A DNA stretch of 64,000 nt from Candidatus Cloacimonadota bacterium (GTDB lineage Bacteria; Cloacimonadota; Cloacimonadia; Cloacimonadales; TCS61). The DNA lies in the NCBI GenBank assembly GCA_030621085.1, contig JAUXIJ010000005.1:537-64536 (forward strand), given 5' to 3'. Of the stretch, positions 40,185-50,135 are shown in pieces; position 1 is the stretch's first letter; each line of letters begins with the position of its first letter. The notes beneath the pieces were generated by a model that saw nothing but the letters and a program-made list of their open reading frames with translations, was not told the DNA's origin and did not search any database. The translations under genes and the position numbers were made by a program.

Positions 40185-41528
40185 ATGAGCAAACTAATGA
40201 TAAGCGTTTCGGGTATACGTGGAATATTTGGTGAAAGCCTTACAACCGAGATCGCACAGAAATATGCTGCACATTTTGGAGTTTTTTGTAGTCGTGGAAA
40301 AATAATTGTAGGAAGAGATTCACGAACCAGTGGTCCGGAAATGTTTAGCGCTGTTTCTGCCAGTTTAATGAGTGTCGGTTGTGATGTAATTGACCTGGGA
40401 ATCGTTTCTACCCCAACTGTACTTTTGGCTGTGGAAGAATCTGATGCAAAAGGCGGTATTTCCATTACAGCATCACATAATCCTGCAGAGTGGAATGCAA
40501 TGAAATTCGTTGGTGAGAATGGTATGTTCCTTTTCCCACAGGAAGCTCAACTATTCATAGATTCCCTTGATGAACCGATCGAATTTGCAGGCATTGATGA
40601 AATGGGCAAACTTACACAGGATACAGAAGCTACAAAACGTCATATCAATAAAATCCTGAATATTCCTTATCTTGATATTGAGAAAATTAGAACAAAAAAT
40701 TTCAAAGTTGTGATCGATTCCGTGAATGGTGCCGGTGGCTTGATCTCTCCCCGACTATTGAGAGATCTGGGCTGCGAAGTCATCGAGATTAACAGTGAAC
40801 CGACCGGTATTTTTGCTCATACTCCAGAACCTTTGAATAAAAATCTGAAACAATTGGAAGAAGCTGTGGCAGCCTATAAAGCCGATATCGGCTTTACCAC
40901 TGATCCCGACGTGGACAGACTGGCAATTGTTGATGAAAATGGAAAATGCATCGGAGAAGAACTTTCACTTCTTCTATCTGAGAAATTCATACTTTCCAAA
41001 GTGGAAGGAGATATTGTAACCAATCTTTCATCTTCGATGGCTTCGGAAGATATTGCAAAAAAATTTGGAGTTAAAGTGCATCGAACTAAAGTAGGTGAAA
41101 TTAACGTTGGAAAAAAAATGAAGGAAATAGATAGCCCTGTAGGTGGAGAAGGCAATGGTGGTATCATTTGCCCTGAAGTACACTACACACGTGATGCTCC
41201 TGCCGGCATGGCATTGATCCTGGGTTATCTGGCTGAAAGTGGGAAAACGGTCTCCCAGTTAGCTGAAGAGATTCCTCATTATTATTTCGCTAAAGATAAA
41301 ATAAAAGTTGCTCCGAACCAACTGGACAGAATAATGGCAAAAGTTCCTGAAATCTTTGCTGATCATAAACTCGACAGTACAGATGGAATTAAAGTTATTG
41401 GTGATAAGTACTGGATCCACCTCCGTAAAAGCGGAACAGAACCGATCATCCGTGTTTATGTGGAAAGTGATTCCCCAGAAAAATCGCAGGAATTATGCAG
41501 GGAAACGATTGAGAAGTTGGTTTCTTAA
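40185..41528 (+). CDS. glmM: Phosphoglucosamine mutase / phosphomannomutase family
   Basis: SGIRG, GRDSR, ITASHNP, DPDVDR, GGEGNGG, SGTEP; ATG 40185 follows AGGAG. Confidence 0.85.
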   Translation: MSKLMISVSGIRGIFGESLTTEIAQKYAAHFGVFCSRGKIIVGRDSRTSGPEMFSAVSASLMSVGCDVIDLGIVSTPTVLLAVEESDAKGGISITASHNPAEWNAMKFVGENGMFLFPQEAQLFIDSLDEPIEFAGIDEMGKLTQDTEATKRHINKILNIPYLDIEKIRTKNFKVVIDSVNGAGGLISPRLLRDLGCEVIEINSEPTGIFAHTPEPLNKNLKQLEEAVAAYKADIGFTTDPDVDRLAIVDENGKCIGEELSLLLSEKFILSKVEGDIVTNLSSSMASEDIAKKFGVKVHRTKVGEINVGKKMKEIDSPVGGEGNGGIICPEVHYTRDAPAGMALILGYLAESGKTVSQLAEEIPHYYFAKDKIKVAPNQLDRIMAKVPEIFADHKLDSTDGIKVIGDKYWIHLRKSGTEPIIRVYVESDSPEKSQELCRETIEKLVS

Positions 41529-41578
41529 AAGTACTTACAGGATTACAAAGAGAAAATTCGTAACCAGTTATTTTTATT

Positions 41579-41654
41579 GTTCTTCCCATGAAAATGGAAA
41601 TCTATGAACCTTAAAAAGGAGATTACTAATTCCCGACTTGTCGGGAGGAATGAC
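41579..41654. repeat. Degenerate GTCATTCCC/GGAATGAC-type element with nested TCCCGACTTGTCGGGA palindrome
   Basis: TTCCCATGAAAATGGAAATC...GATT...TCCCGACTTGTCGGGA(41631-41646)GGAATGAC. Confidence 0.55.
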
Positions 41655-41657
41655 AAT

Positions 41658-44600
41658 TTAAAAATCCGGAGACAAACTGATATAGTAAGATGGTTTACTG
41701 AAATCGTATAGATCAGTATGCCAGGCTATATCCAATTTTAAAACAAAATATCCCATATTTAAACGTGGACCGAAACCAAATCCTAATTTTAAGTCTTTTA
41801 ACCTGTCATTTTCATAGAACTTTAGTTTCTCATCTTCATCCCACACACTTCCCATATCTAAAAAAATGCTTCCCCGTATCTGCTGGAAATAAAGCGGCAG
41901 TGGAAAAGTTAATTTCAAATTATCTATAAAAGGATATCTCAATTCAAAACTGGTGAGAAATTTCCTTGTTCCTTCTATTTCTTTATCAAAACCACGAACA
42001 CCATTGAAATAATCCAATTCAAACCGTTGATTTGTATCACCGATAATTGTTCCGCCCAATAAGCGTGTGGCAAAAGAATACCGTTTCTGGAAAAAGATAT
42101 AATTACGTAGATCCGAATAAATTATTGAATAACTGTTTTTTGTTGAAAAACTTCTATTGAATAGTAGCGCTCCTCTCCAACCGGAAACCGGTCCTACACT
42201 TCCATAGATGGCATTGTCATGTACAAAAGTGATTTGAGGTGCTACCACCAGTTCACTCTCTTTTTCTTCCAGATCAAATTCCTCCATGAAATCCTCTGGA
42301 AGTTCTTCTTCAAGCCACTTTCCACTGATATCATCCCACCAGTCCCGTTTTATAATGCTCTTATAGAAAAGATTCTCGAAATCTACCCGCCAGAATTTAT
42401 CGAAAGGGTAGCGCATGATTGTATACATTCCAAATTCGCGAATTCGTTCTCTAAAATAATCACTTGGTGCACCACTGGAATAAATAATCTGATACACCCA
42501 CTCATCATTCAAGTAAAATCCACCAATACCATAATCGATGCGTTTAGCCAAGTAAAGGTAGTTAAGCACAATATCAGAAGCGTCAAGATCACCGGTAATT
42601 CCCAGGTTTATGCCTATCGAGTGGTTGCCCATCAGGTCGGAAAGACCAAACTGCAACTGAGCATAAGTGCCACCAGAAGGAGTATATGCCACACCGCCCC
42701 AGAGATAATCAAGCGCAAATTTAGTTTTATAAGGTTTAATTGCAGGCTCATTAACATCTGTTGGTCTTTCATCTAATTGCTGGTTATATGCCTGCCTTGT
42801 ACTATCAACTTTAGCAAAATCCCACAAGTTTATCTTTGTAACCTGGTCGGGATATTCCGGTAATTCTTTTTTAAATTTTCTTTCTGTTTTTCCAAAAACT
42901 TTGTAACGTTCAATTTCGAATCTACTATAAAAATCATTGATAAATTCAAATTCCCGTGGAAGTTGATAATCAAAATATTCAAGATCATCCAGCGGATTGG
43001 ATTTCATATAAATATCCCATCCACCATTATAAAAACCAGAGAAGATCAGTTCGTCGTCATTAATGCTGAGATCACCTGTAAAAACACCACCGTGCACATT
43101 GGTAACGTAGGCACGAGTTCCAGATTCCAAATCGATAATCTCAAAATTCGTGGTGATTTCCCTTTCTGCAATAAAAAGAATTTTAGAACCATCCTGTGAC
43201 CATATCGGGAACTTATTATTCTCTTCATCGCTGGTAACCTGGAAGAACTTTTGTTGTTCAATATCAAACATGAAAATATCGTTGGTAAGTTTACTGAAAA
43301 CCTGCTTTCTGGTAGTGTTTCCATTTTCACAACGTTCAGATGTAAATACGATCTTGCTATCATCGGGTGCCCATCTGGGCTGGCTGTCATAATAAAAATC
43401 ATCGGTTATCTGTTCAATTTCTTCTGAGGAAATATCAAATATGAAAATATCGCATTTAATGTCTTTTTGACCGGCAAACACAATTTTTTTCCCATCTTTT
43501 GAAACATCTATCTCATAAAGAGCATCGAAACCCGGAAAAGAAAATTCATAAACCAGTTTTCCTGTTTCAATGTTCATAATATACAATTTATCTCCCGTGG
43601 ATGTTTTTGAAACAAAAGCAAATCTTTCCCCATCAGGGAACCAGCTGAAATTATTTCTTTGAAAGTGAAATTCCTCAAATTTTCCGGTGGTTTCTCCACT
43701 TAATATTTTCTCATTTTTACGCAAACCCAGGCTATTACCCTTCCAGATATCGGTTCTTATATTTTTATTGGAAAAATATAGAAATTCCTCACCGGACGGA
43801 GAAAATCTGGGAGCAAAATTTAAATATGAACCATCTTTGGTATGGTCGGTTTTTCTTTCAAAAATTTCGTAAGGGATTTCGAACCTAGCAAAATCGGGGT
43901 AGTATTTCTTTTTCAAGTAATTCTTCCACAGTAATTGAACTTCCAAGCATTCTTTACCAAAAACCTTTTTGAAAGCTACATCCAGATTATTGTTGTATCT
44001 CACTGCATAAAATAGATCTATCACTTTATTTCGTCCATATTCCTCTTCAACGAAAACCAGGAAAGATTCACCCAGCCGATAAGCATAATAACCGCCTATC
44101 ATGTTTAAATCACCAATTGTGCTATTAAAAAGAAGGTCGATCACAAACATATTATTATAAACATCTTCTCCGCCAATAGCTTCAAATTCAGGAAGACCTT
44201 CGTTGAACCAGAACGGCAAACCGCTCAAATTCAAAAATCGATTCCGATTGCGATTCAATTCGTTCACATAGGCGTGGGTAAGTTCGTGTACAAAGATCTC
44301 TTCCATTTTTTTGTAACTGCCATCAAAAGGAACGGCAATCCTGTTCCGTGCCGATTCAGTAAAACCTCCCACAGATTCATTGAGAAGCGGAAAAATAATA
44401 TTTGTCGTTTCAAATTCCTGGTGTGATTTGTAAAAAATTACTGGTATGCGATTTTTTACAGGAGTTTTAAGATCTTTTTTTATATGATAATAAGCTTCCT
44501 CGGCAATAAGAGCAGCGGTTTTTCCAAATTGATCATCACCTCTCAGGAAATAAATATCAAAATGAAGCGTTTCGATCTTCGACCATTTTGTCCCGGGTTG

Positions 44601-44684
44601 CTGGATCTTATTTTTGCCAAAACTATATGAGAAAAGATCCAGGGCAACAACCAATATTAGCAGAACCAGTATATTTTTTTTCAT
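41658..44684 (-). CDS. Omp85-family protein with gluzincin-like and TolB/PD40 propeller domains
   Basis: Signal peptide, HELTH + WFNEG, PD40 repeats (PRFSPSG, PRWAPDD), VRGF and ELRYPF barrel motifs, terminal Phe. Confidence 0.82.
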   Translation of the reverse strand: MKKNILVLLILVVALDLFSYSFGKNKIQQPGTKWSKIETLHFDIYFLRGDDQFGKTAALIAEEAYYHIKKDLKTPVKNRIPVIFYKSHQEFETTNIIFPLLNESVGGFTESARNRIAVPFDGSYKKMEEIFVHELTHAYVNELNRNRNRFLNLSGLPFWFNEGLPEFEAIGGEDVYNNMFVIDLLFNSTIGDLNMIGGYYAYRLGESFLVFVEEEYGRNKVIDLFYAVRYNNNLDVAFKKVFGKECLEVQLLWKNYLKKKYYPDFARFEIPYEIFERKTDHTKDGSYLNFAPRFSPSGEEFLYFSNKNIRTDIWKGNSLGLRKNEKILSGETTGKFEEFHFQRNNFSWFPDGERFAFVSKTSTGDKLYIMNIETGKLVYEFSFPGFDALYEIDVSKDGKKIVFAGQKDIKCDIFIFDISSEEIEQITDDFYYDSQPRWAPDDSKIVFTSERCENGNTTRKQVFSKLTNDIFMFDIEQQKFFQVTSDEENNKFPIWSQDGSKILFIAEREITTNFEIIDLESGTRAYVTNVHGGVFTGDLSINDDELIFSGFYNGGWDIYMKSNPLDDLEYFDYQLPREFEFINDFYSRFEIERYKVFGKTERKFKKELPEYPDQVTKINLWDFAKVDSTRQAYNQQLDERPTDVNEPAIKPYKTKFALDYLWGGVAYTPSGGTYAQLQFGLSDLMGNHSIGINLGITGDLDASDIVLNYLYLAKRIDYGIGGFYLNDEWVYQIIYSSGAPSDYFRERIREFGMYTIMRYPFDKFWRVDFENLFYKSIIKRDWWDDISGKWLEEELPEDFMEEFDLEEKESELVVAPQITFVHDNAIYGSVGPVSGWRGALLFNRSFSTKNSYSIIYSDLRNYIFFQKRYSFATRLLGGTIIGDTNQRFELDYFNGVRGFDKEIEGTRKFLTSFELRYPFIDNLKLTFPLPLYFQQIRGSIFLDMGSVWDEDEKLKFYENDRLKDLKLGFGFGPRLNMGYFVLKLDIAWHTDLYDFSKPSYYISLSPDF

Positions 44685-44699
44685 TAATCTTCCTTAGTA

Positions 44700-45599
44700 C
44701 TAAAACACTTTTATCTTAAAATACTTTTTGGGATTTTTCTTTATATCTTTAAGAAGCGAATCCAGATTGGCAGTTGCATTCAATAAATTTTCATATAACT
44801 CTTTTTCTGTGATCAGTTTATTCAGGCTGTTGTCTTCCAGAAGTATTTTTTCTGTTATAGCTTGAATATTACTGGAAGCTTTTTCCATTTCCGATAAAGT
44901 TATTTTAATTTCTTTCATAACATCAGCAGTCTGCGTGATCGTTTCGGAAATGTTCTCTTCATTTTCGCTTATCAATCTTGCCAGGTTTCCTGAGATGGTG
45001 GAAGTATTTGTAATCAGTTTTTCAATTTCATCCGCATTCCTGTTGTAACTCGAATTTATTTTACTAACGATCACCAGAGATGTATCTACCACAGCACGTA
45101 AATTCTGCAGGAATCCGTCATTATCATAGATCCCGTTCATCATCGATTCCAGACTGTTTACAACTTCGCTCAACTCTGCCACCAGTTTCGTAAGTCCGTA
45201 ACTTTTTTCACCAGTTTGAATTTCTTCCAGGTTTAAAGTTCCCTCACCTTTACCGGGAATGATCTCGATTAAAACATCACCCATCAGGTTAGATTCTATA
45301 ATGTAGAATTCAGTACCTTCCTGCATAGGAAAATCCAGTTCAACTAGAAGATGTACAACTACACCATCACTGCTAACTTGTAGATCTTTTACTCTTCCCT
45401 TTTTAACTCCATTTATTGTAACATCGCTGCCGATCTCCAGGTTCCCGGCATTTTCAAAATGCACCTTTACTGTAGTGTATTTTCGGTTTTCCATAACACC
45501 GGTAAACCAGGAATAACTTATAGCTAAAATCAAAATCGCAACAATCGAAAAGAATCCGACACGGAATTCAATATTTTTCTTATTTTGATGGAATTTCAT
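44700..45599 (-). CDS. mlaD: MlaD/MCE family protein
   Basis: N-terminal TM, FENAGNLEIGSDVTINGVKKGRV, NLMGD, helical tail ending KNPKKY. Confidence 0.88.
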   Translation of the reverse strand: MKFHQNKKNIEFRVGFFSIVAILILAISYSWFTGVMENRKYTTVKVHFENAGNLEIGSDVTINGVKKGRVKDLQVSSDGVVVHLLVELDFPMQEGTEFYIIESNLMGDVLIEIIPGKGEGTLNLEEIQTGEKSYGLTKLVAELSEVVNSLESMMNGIYDNDGFLQNLRAVVDTSLVIVSKINSSYNRNADEIEKLITNTSTISGNLARLISENEENISETITQTADVMKEIKITLSEMEKASSNIQAITEKILLEDNSLNKLITEKELYENLLNATANLDSLLKDIKKNPKKYFKIKVF

Positions 45600-45609
45600 A
45601 TATATCCCC

Positions 45610-46332
45610 TTAATTTATATTTACAAATTTCTTAATATAAACTCTATTATCATTAATAAAATCGTTATATGTTCCGTCAAAAACAATTTTTTTATCATGG
45701 ATCATGGCAATCCTGCCTTTGATCTTACGAATGCAGTTCAAATCGTGAGTAATAATAATGGAAGTAACAGCAAAATTATTATGGAGTTTTAGTATTAATT
45801 CAACGATTTCAGCTGCAATAATAGGATCCAGTCCCGTAGTGGGTTCATCGTAGATTATGTATTCCGGCTGCGTAATGATAGCACGTGCCAGGGCAACTCT
45901 TTTTTTCATTCCTCCGCTTAGTTCCGACGGCATCTTATCCAGGATATCTATCAATCCGAGCAGTTTTAATTTATCTGTAACCAGCACCAGAATTTTATCT
46001 TCGGAAAGCTTGCTGTGTTCCATTAAAGGCAGTGCAACGTTCTGGTAAACATTAAGTGAATCTAAAAGAGCAGCACCCTGGAAAAGCATTGCCAGCTTAC
46101 GTCTGGAGGAATTCAATTCTTTACGGGAAAGAGAAAAAATATTTTTTCCATCAACCAATACAGTACCGGTTTCTGGATTAATTAAGCCTTCTATCGTCTT
46201 CATCAAAACGCTCTTACCGCAACCGCTCTGACCTACAATGGTAGTAATTTCATTCTTGCGAATATCCAGATCTATATTTTCAAGAACGGTTTCGCCATCG
46301 AAACTTATGGTAAGACCTTTTATTTCAATCAC
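45610..46332 (-). CDS. mlaF: MlaF/Mkl-type ABC ATPase
   Basis: GQSGCGKS, FQGAALLDSL, LSGGMKKRVALARA, YDEPTTGLDP. Confidence 0.9.
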   Translation of the reverse strand: MIEIKGLTISFDGETVLENIDLDIRKNEITTIVGQSGCGKSVLMKTIEGLINPETGTVLVDGKNIFSLSRKELNSSRRKLAMLFQGAALLDSLNVYQNVALPLMEHSKLSEDKILVLVTDKLKLLGLIDILDKMPSELSGGMKKRVALARAIITQPEYIIYDEPTTGLDPIIAAEIVELILKLHNNFAVTSIIITHDLNCIRKIKGRIAMIHDKKIVFDGTYNDFINDNRVYIKKFVNIN

Positions 46333-47629
46333 CTGTTTTTACCTCTACCCCGTCGAATCTTTTTTCTAATGGTAGAAAGTGTAAATATTTTTTTTCCAGT
46401 TCCATTTTGCTTTGTAGAAAAACACGAACATAATGATCGGACAAAGCAGTCCAGAATCCATTAACTTTATTTTCTATTACACCTTTTAACCTGATATCAT
46501 TTTTAATAATAAAATTAATATATTCCTGTGTTTTCTTAGCAGATAATTTGGTGAGTAACTTTGTTCTTCTTTTGATATCGTTGCCATGTACCTGACCACT
46601 CATTTTCTCTGCTCTTGTACCCGGTCGGCGTGAATAGGGAAAAACATGCAGATATGTAAAATCCAATGATACAAGATATTCTTTAGTTTTTTGAAAAAGT
46701 TCTTCAGTTTCTCCCGGTAGACCTGCTATCACGTCGATGCCGATTGCTGCATCAGGAAAGATGGATATTATATTCTGAATTGTATTACTGAAATCATTTA
46801 CGGTATATCTTCGCCCCATGTGGGAAAGCATCTCATCGCAGCCTGTTTGCAGCGGTATATGAAAATGAGGACATATCTTTTTACTTTCTCGAAAGAAGGT
46901 TAGAAGGTCATCACTGAAAAGTTGGGGCTCAATAGAACTTAATCGAATAAATTTTACATCATCAATTTTCTCGATATCAGTCAGAAGTTCAGAAAGATAG
47001 TAATTATCATTTTGCTCACGTCCATACAATCCCAGGTTGATCCCGCCCAGAACAAATTCTTTATAGCCTTCTGCTGCAAGTTTTTGAATCTGTTTCAGCA
47101 CATTTTCTTTTTTCCTGCTGCGCGAATGACCACGAGCATAAGGTACAGCACAATAGGCACAATAATAATCACAACCATCCTGAACTTTGATGTAAGCGCG
47201 TGTTCTATCTATCATAGAAGTTGTGGAAATTTCCTCGAATTCAGGAACTTCGAGGATATCTCTGAAATTCAATGCATTAACATGGTTGATGCACTCCAAA
47301 ATTCTACTTTTTGAATTGTTATCTACGACCAGATCGATATTTCCCAATTCCATTATCTTATTATAATTTCGCTGGGAATAACATCCAGTCACGATCACTT
47401 TAATTTTTGTAATTTTTTTCTTTTGTGCAAGTGCTTTACGAATTGCATTACGGCTTTTGTAATCGGTGCGATTTGTAACGGTACAGGTATTTATAATATA
47501 CACATCGGCAGGTTGATCAAAATTAACGATACGATAACCATCTTTGATGAAATCATCCAGAATACAGGAAGTCTCATATTGATTGACCTTACAGCCAAAG
47601 GTAATTCCAGCAACCTTTTTTTTCACCAC
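46325..47629 (-). CDS. mtaB: tRNA t6A37 methylthiotransferase
   Basis: GCKVNQYE, INTCTVT, VTGCY, QDGCDYYCAYC, LSSIEP, HVFPYS. Confidence 0.9.
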   Translation of the reverse strand: MVKKKVAGITFGCKVNQYETSCILDDFIKDGYRIVNFDQPADVYIINTCTVTNRTDYKSRNAIRKALAQKKKITKIKVIVTGCYSQRNYNKIMELGNIDLVVDNNSKSRILECINHVNALNFRDILEVPEFEEISTTSMIDRTRAYIKVQDGCDYYCAYCAVPYARGHSRSRKKENVLKQIQKLAAEGYKEFVLGGINLGLYGREQNDNYYLSELLTDIEKIDDVKFIRLSSIEPQLFSDDLLTFFRESKKICPHFHIPLQTGCDEMLSHMGRRYTVNDFSNTIQNIISIFPDAAIGIDVIAGLPGETEELFQKTKEYLVSLDFTYLHVFPYSRRPGTRAEKMSGQVHGNDIKRRTKLLTKLSAKKTQEYINFIIKNDIRLKGVIENKVNGFWTALSDHYVRVFLQSKMELEKKYLHFLPLEKRFDGVEVKTGD

Positions 47630-47730
47630 AAAGTCACCAAGACACTAAGTTTGATTTTTTTCTTAACCACGAAGACACCAAGATACTAAGTTTATTTTTA
47701 TTTTCACCACAAAGTCACCAGAACACTAAG
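47624..47730. repeat. Three tandem 26-nt repeats (ACCACrAAG-CAC-AAG-ACTAAG) downstream of GxxExxY gene
   Basis: Copies at 47624-47649, 47665-47690, 47705-47730 with T-rich 14-15-nt spacers. Confidence 0.85.
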
Positions 47731-47757
47731 GTTTACTTTTATAGTATTCTAAGAGTT

Positions 47758-48150
47758 TTATAATATTATTCTTTTAATTCCATCTTTTATTAATGGAACA
47801 TTGAAATTAATTAAAAATCCAAGTCGTTTATTTGTTAGCTTCATATATGTTAAAATTTGTGCTTCATAAACAGGATTCATTTCAATTACGGCTTTTATCT
47901 CACAAATTATCTTATCTTCAATTAATACATCTATCCTGAATGATTCATCTAACATTTTTCCATCGTAAACAATCGGAATGTTAACCTGTCTTTTAAATTT
48001 TATACCCCGTTTTGATAATTCGTAACAAAAGCAGATTTCGTATACTTTTTCAAGCAAACCAGGCCCAAGTTCTTTATGTATTACATAAGCAGCATCGATA
48101 ACTTTTTTCGCTACTATTTCAATTTCTTCTGATAAAGGTTTATAATTCAT
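47758..48150 (-). CDS. GxxExxY family PD-(D/E)xK nuclease-like protein
   Basis: [38 protein letters not shown]. Confidence 0.92.
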   Translation of the reverse strand: MNYKPLSEEIEIVAKKVIDAAYVIHKELGPGLLEKVYEICFCYELSKRGIKFKRQVNIPIVYDGKMLDESFRIDVLIEDKIICEIKAVIEMNPVYEAQILTYMKLTNKRLGFLINFNVPLIKDGIKRIIL

Positions 48151-49955
48151 ATTTTTTCTTCGTGTCTTTGTGCCTTCGTGGTTACAGCAATCCCCAGTTC
48201 ATCTAATTGTTCTTTAGCTACTTTCGAAGGTGATTGGCTCATCAGGTCGGCAGCTTGCAGAGTTTTGGGAAAGGCGATAACATCACGGATAGATTCTGCT
48301 TTTGCCATGATCATCACGATGCGATCAATTCCAGGTGCAATGCCGCCATGAGGTGGAGTACCATAGCGCAGGGCATTCAGGAAGAAACCGAATTTTTCTT
48401 CCAGTTCTTCTTCGCTGAATCCTAAAACATCAAAGATCTTTTTCTGAACATCAAGCCTATGGCAACGGATACTTCCGGAAGATAGCTCTAAACCATTGCA
48501 TACCAGGTCATACAGTTGCCCGATTATTTTTCCATAATCTTCTTCGTTATCAAAATACTTCAGATGCTCTTCTTTGGGCAATGTGAACATGTGATGTGCA
48601 GTTTCCCATCTCTGATCTTCTTCATTGTATTCAAACAGAGGGAAGTCTGTTATCCAAACGAAATTGAATTCATTCTCATCATATAGCTTCAATTTTCTGC
48701 CAAAATGATTCCTGATCTCTGCCAGAACCTTGAAAACAATTTTATCGGAATCAGCAGCAAAAAGTATCAGATCACCATTTTTTGCTTTGATTTTTTCCAA
48801 GATATTCCTGCTTTCTTCTTTTGAAAGGAACTTGGAAATACCTGCTATTAAACCGTTCTCTTCCACCTTGCAGAAAGCCAGTCCTTTCCCATCCAGATGT
48901 TTTGCAATTTTAGTAAGTTCATCTATCTGCTTACGTGAATATCCCGAACAACCCAGTGCAACAATACAGCGCACACTTCCACCAGATTCCAGAGCACCGG
49001 AAAAAACCTTGAATTCAGTATTTTTCAGGATATCAGAAATATCGATGAGTTCCATTCCAAAACGCATATCAGGTTTATCAATTCCAAATCTTTCCATTGA
49101 TTCGTTATGAGAAAGCCTGGGAAAAGGAGTCTTAAGTTCAATGTTTATTGTTTTCCGGAAAATGTATATGAACATTTCTTCAATCACGTGGAATATTTCA
49201 TCCTGGGATGCAAAGCTCATTTCCAGGTCGAGTTGAGTAAATTCGGGCTGCCTGTCTGCGCGCAGGTCTTCATCACGGAAACAGCGGGCGATCTGAAAAT
49301 AGCGATCGAAGCCACCGATCATGAGCAGCTGTTTGTATATCTGCGGAGATTGAGGTAGGGCAAAGAATTTTCCTTTATGGATCCGGCTGGGAACCAGGTA
49401 ATCACGGGCACCTTCGGGAGTACTTTTCATCAGTATCGGTGTTTCAATTTCAAAGAAGTTCTTTTTCGTAAGAAATTCACGCATTGCAAAAATTATCTCA
49501 TGACGAAGCAGGATAATGTTTTTCAATTTTTCCCTCCTCAAGTCGAGGAAGCGATATTTCAGACGTAGGTCTTCTTCTGCCAGAATATTTTCATTTATCT
49601 GCACGGGAAGTGGTTCGGAATCGTTGAGGAGCAAAAGTTTATCTGCTTCCACTTCTATTTTGCCGGTTTTCATTTTCTTGTTTATGTTTGCCGTATCACG
49701 AGCAAGAACTTTTCCCGAAACAGCTATCACATATTCGTTGCGAAGTCTTCCGGCTTTTTTATGAACTTCCCGGCTTTCCGGTCTGAACACTATCTGGATC
49801 ATTCCGGTAACATCCCGCAGATCGATGAAGATGAGTCCGCCAAGATCGCGGCGACGGTGTACCCAGCCCATGAGGGTTATTTTTTCACCTACATTCTTTT
49901 TATTTAGTTTTCCAGCAAAATGTGTTCTTTTGTTATTTCCAATAAAGTCCAGCAT
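48147..49955 (-). CDS. aspS: Aspartate--tRNA ligase
   Basis: [64 protein letters not shown]. Confidence 0.96.
   Translation of the reverse strand: MLDFIGNNKRTHFAGKLNKKNVGEKITLMGWVHRRRDLGGLIFIDLRDVTGMIQIVFRPESREVHKKAGRLRNEYVIAVSGKVLARDTANINKKMKTGKIEVEADKLLLLNDSEPLPVQINENILAEEDLRLKYRFLDLRREKLKNIILLRHEIIFAMREFLTKKNFFEIETPILMKSTPEGARDYLVPSRIHKGKFFALPQSPQIYKQLLMIGGFDRYFQIARCFRDEDLRADRQPEFTQLDLEMSFASQDEIFHVIEEMFIYIFRKTINIELKTPFPRLSHNESMERFGIDKPDMRFGMELIDISDILKNTEFKVFSGALESGGSVRCIVALGCSGYSRKQIDELTKIAKHLDGKGLAFCKVEENGLIAGISKFLSKEESRNILEKIKAKNGDLILFAADSDKIVFKVLAEIRNHFGRKLKLYDENEFNFVWITDFPLFEYNEEDQRWETAHHMFTLPKEEHLKYFDNEEDYGKIIGQLYDLVCNGLELSSGSIRCHRLDVQKKIFDVLGFSEEELEEKFGFFLNALRYGTPPHGGIAPGIDRIVMIMAKAESIRDVIAFPKTLQAADLMSQSPSKVAKEQLDELGIAVTTKAQRHEEKI
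48158..48183 (-). repeat. Inverted partner of the 47624-47730 repeats, inside the aspS 3' end
   Basis: Minus strand AACCACGAAGGCACAAAGACACGAAG, 22/26 identical to 47665-47690. Confidence 0.8.
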
Positions 49956-50033
49956 ATTTATTTACCTCTTTAATTTACTCAAAATGAGACATTTAATAAT
50001 TATGTTATTTTGTCAATGGTTTGGTTTATCAAC

Positions 50034-50122
50034 CTTGTTCACAAGTTGAACTTGTGAACATAATTGAAAGCGAAGTTTAACTTCGCATACATTTACGTTA
50101 CGAAGTATAACTTCGTAACGAG
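50034..50122 (-). mobile_element. 89-bp triple-hairpin MITE/REPIN-like element, copy 2 (inverted)
   Basis: Reverse complement of 40059-40147 with 4 substitutions. Confidence 0.8.
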
Positions 50123-50135
50123 AGTAATAAAGGTT

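Noticed and set aside
47624-47730. Possible mini CRISPR array (3 repeats at 40-41-nt period)
   Set aside because: Repeats are non-identical, spacers are only 14-15 nt and T-rich, no cas genes; better explained as GxxExxY-flanking repeats.
50077-50117. loxP resemblance (TAACTTCG, GCATACAT, TACGAAGT, ATAACTTCGTA)
   Set aside because: Arm spacing does not match loxP, the spacer-like bases differ in the sister copy, and no recombinase is nearby; likely coincidence from the hairpin arms.
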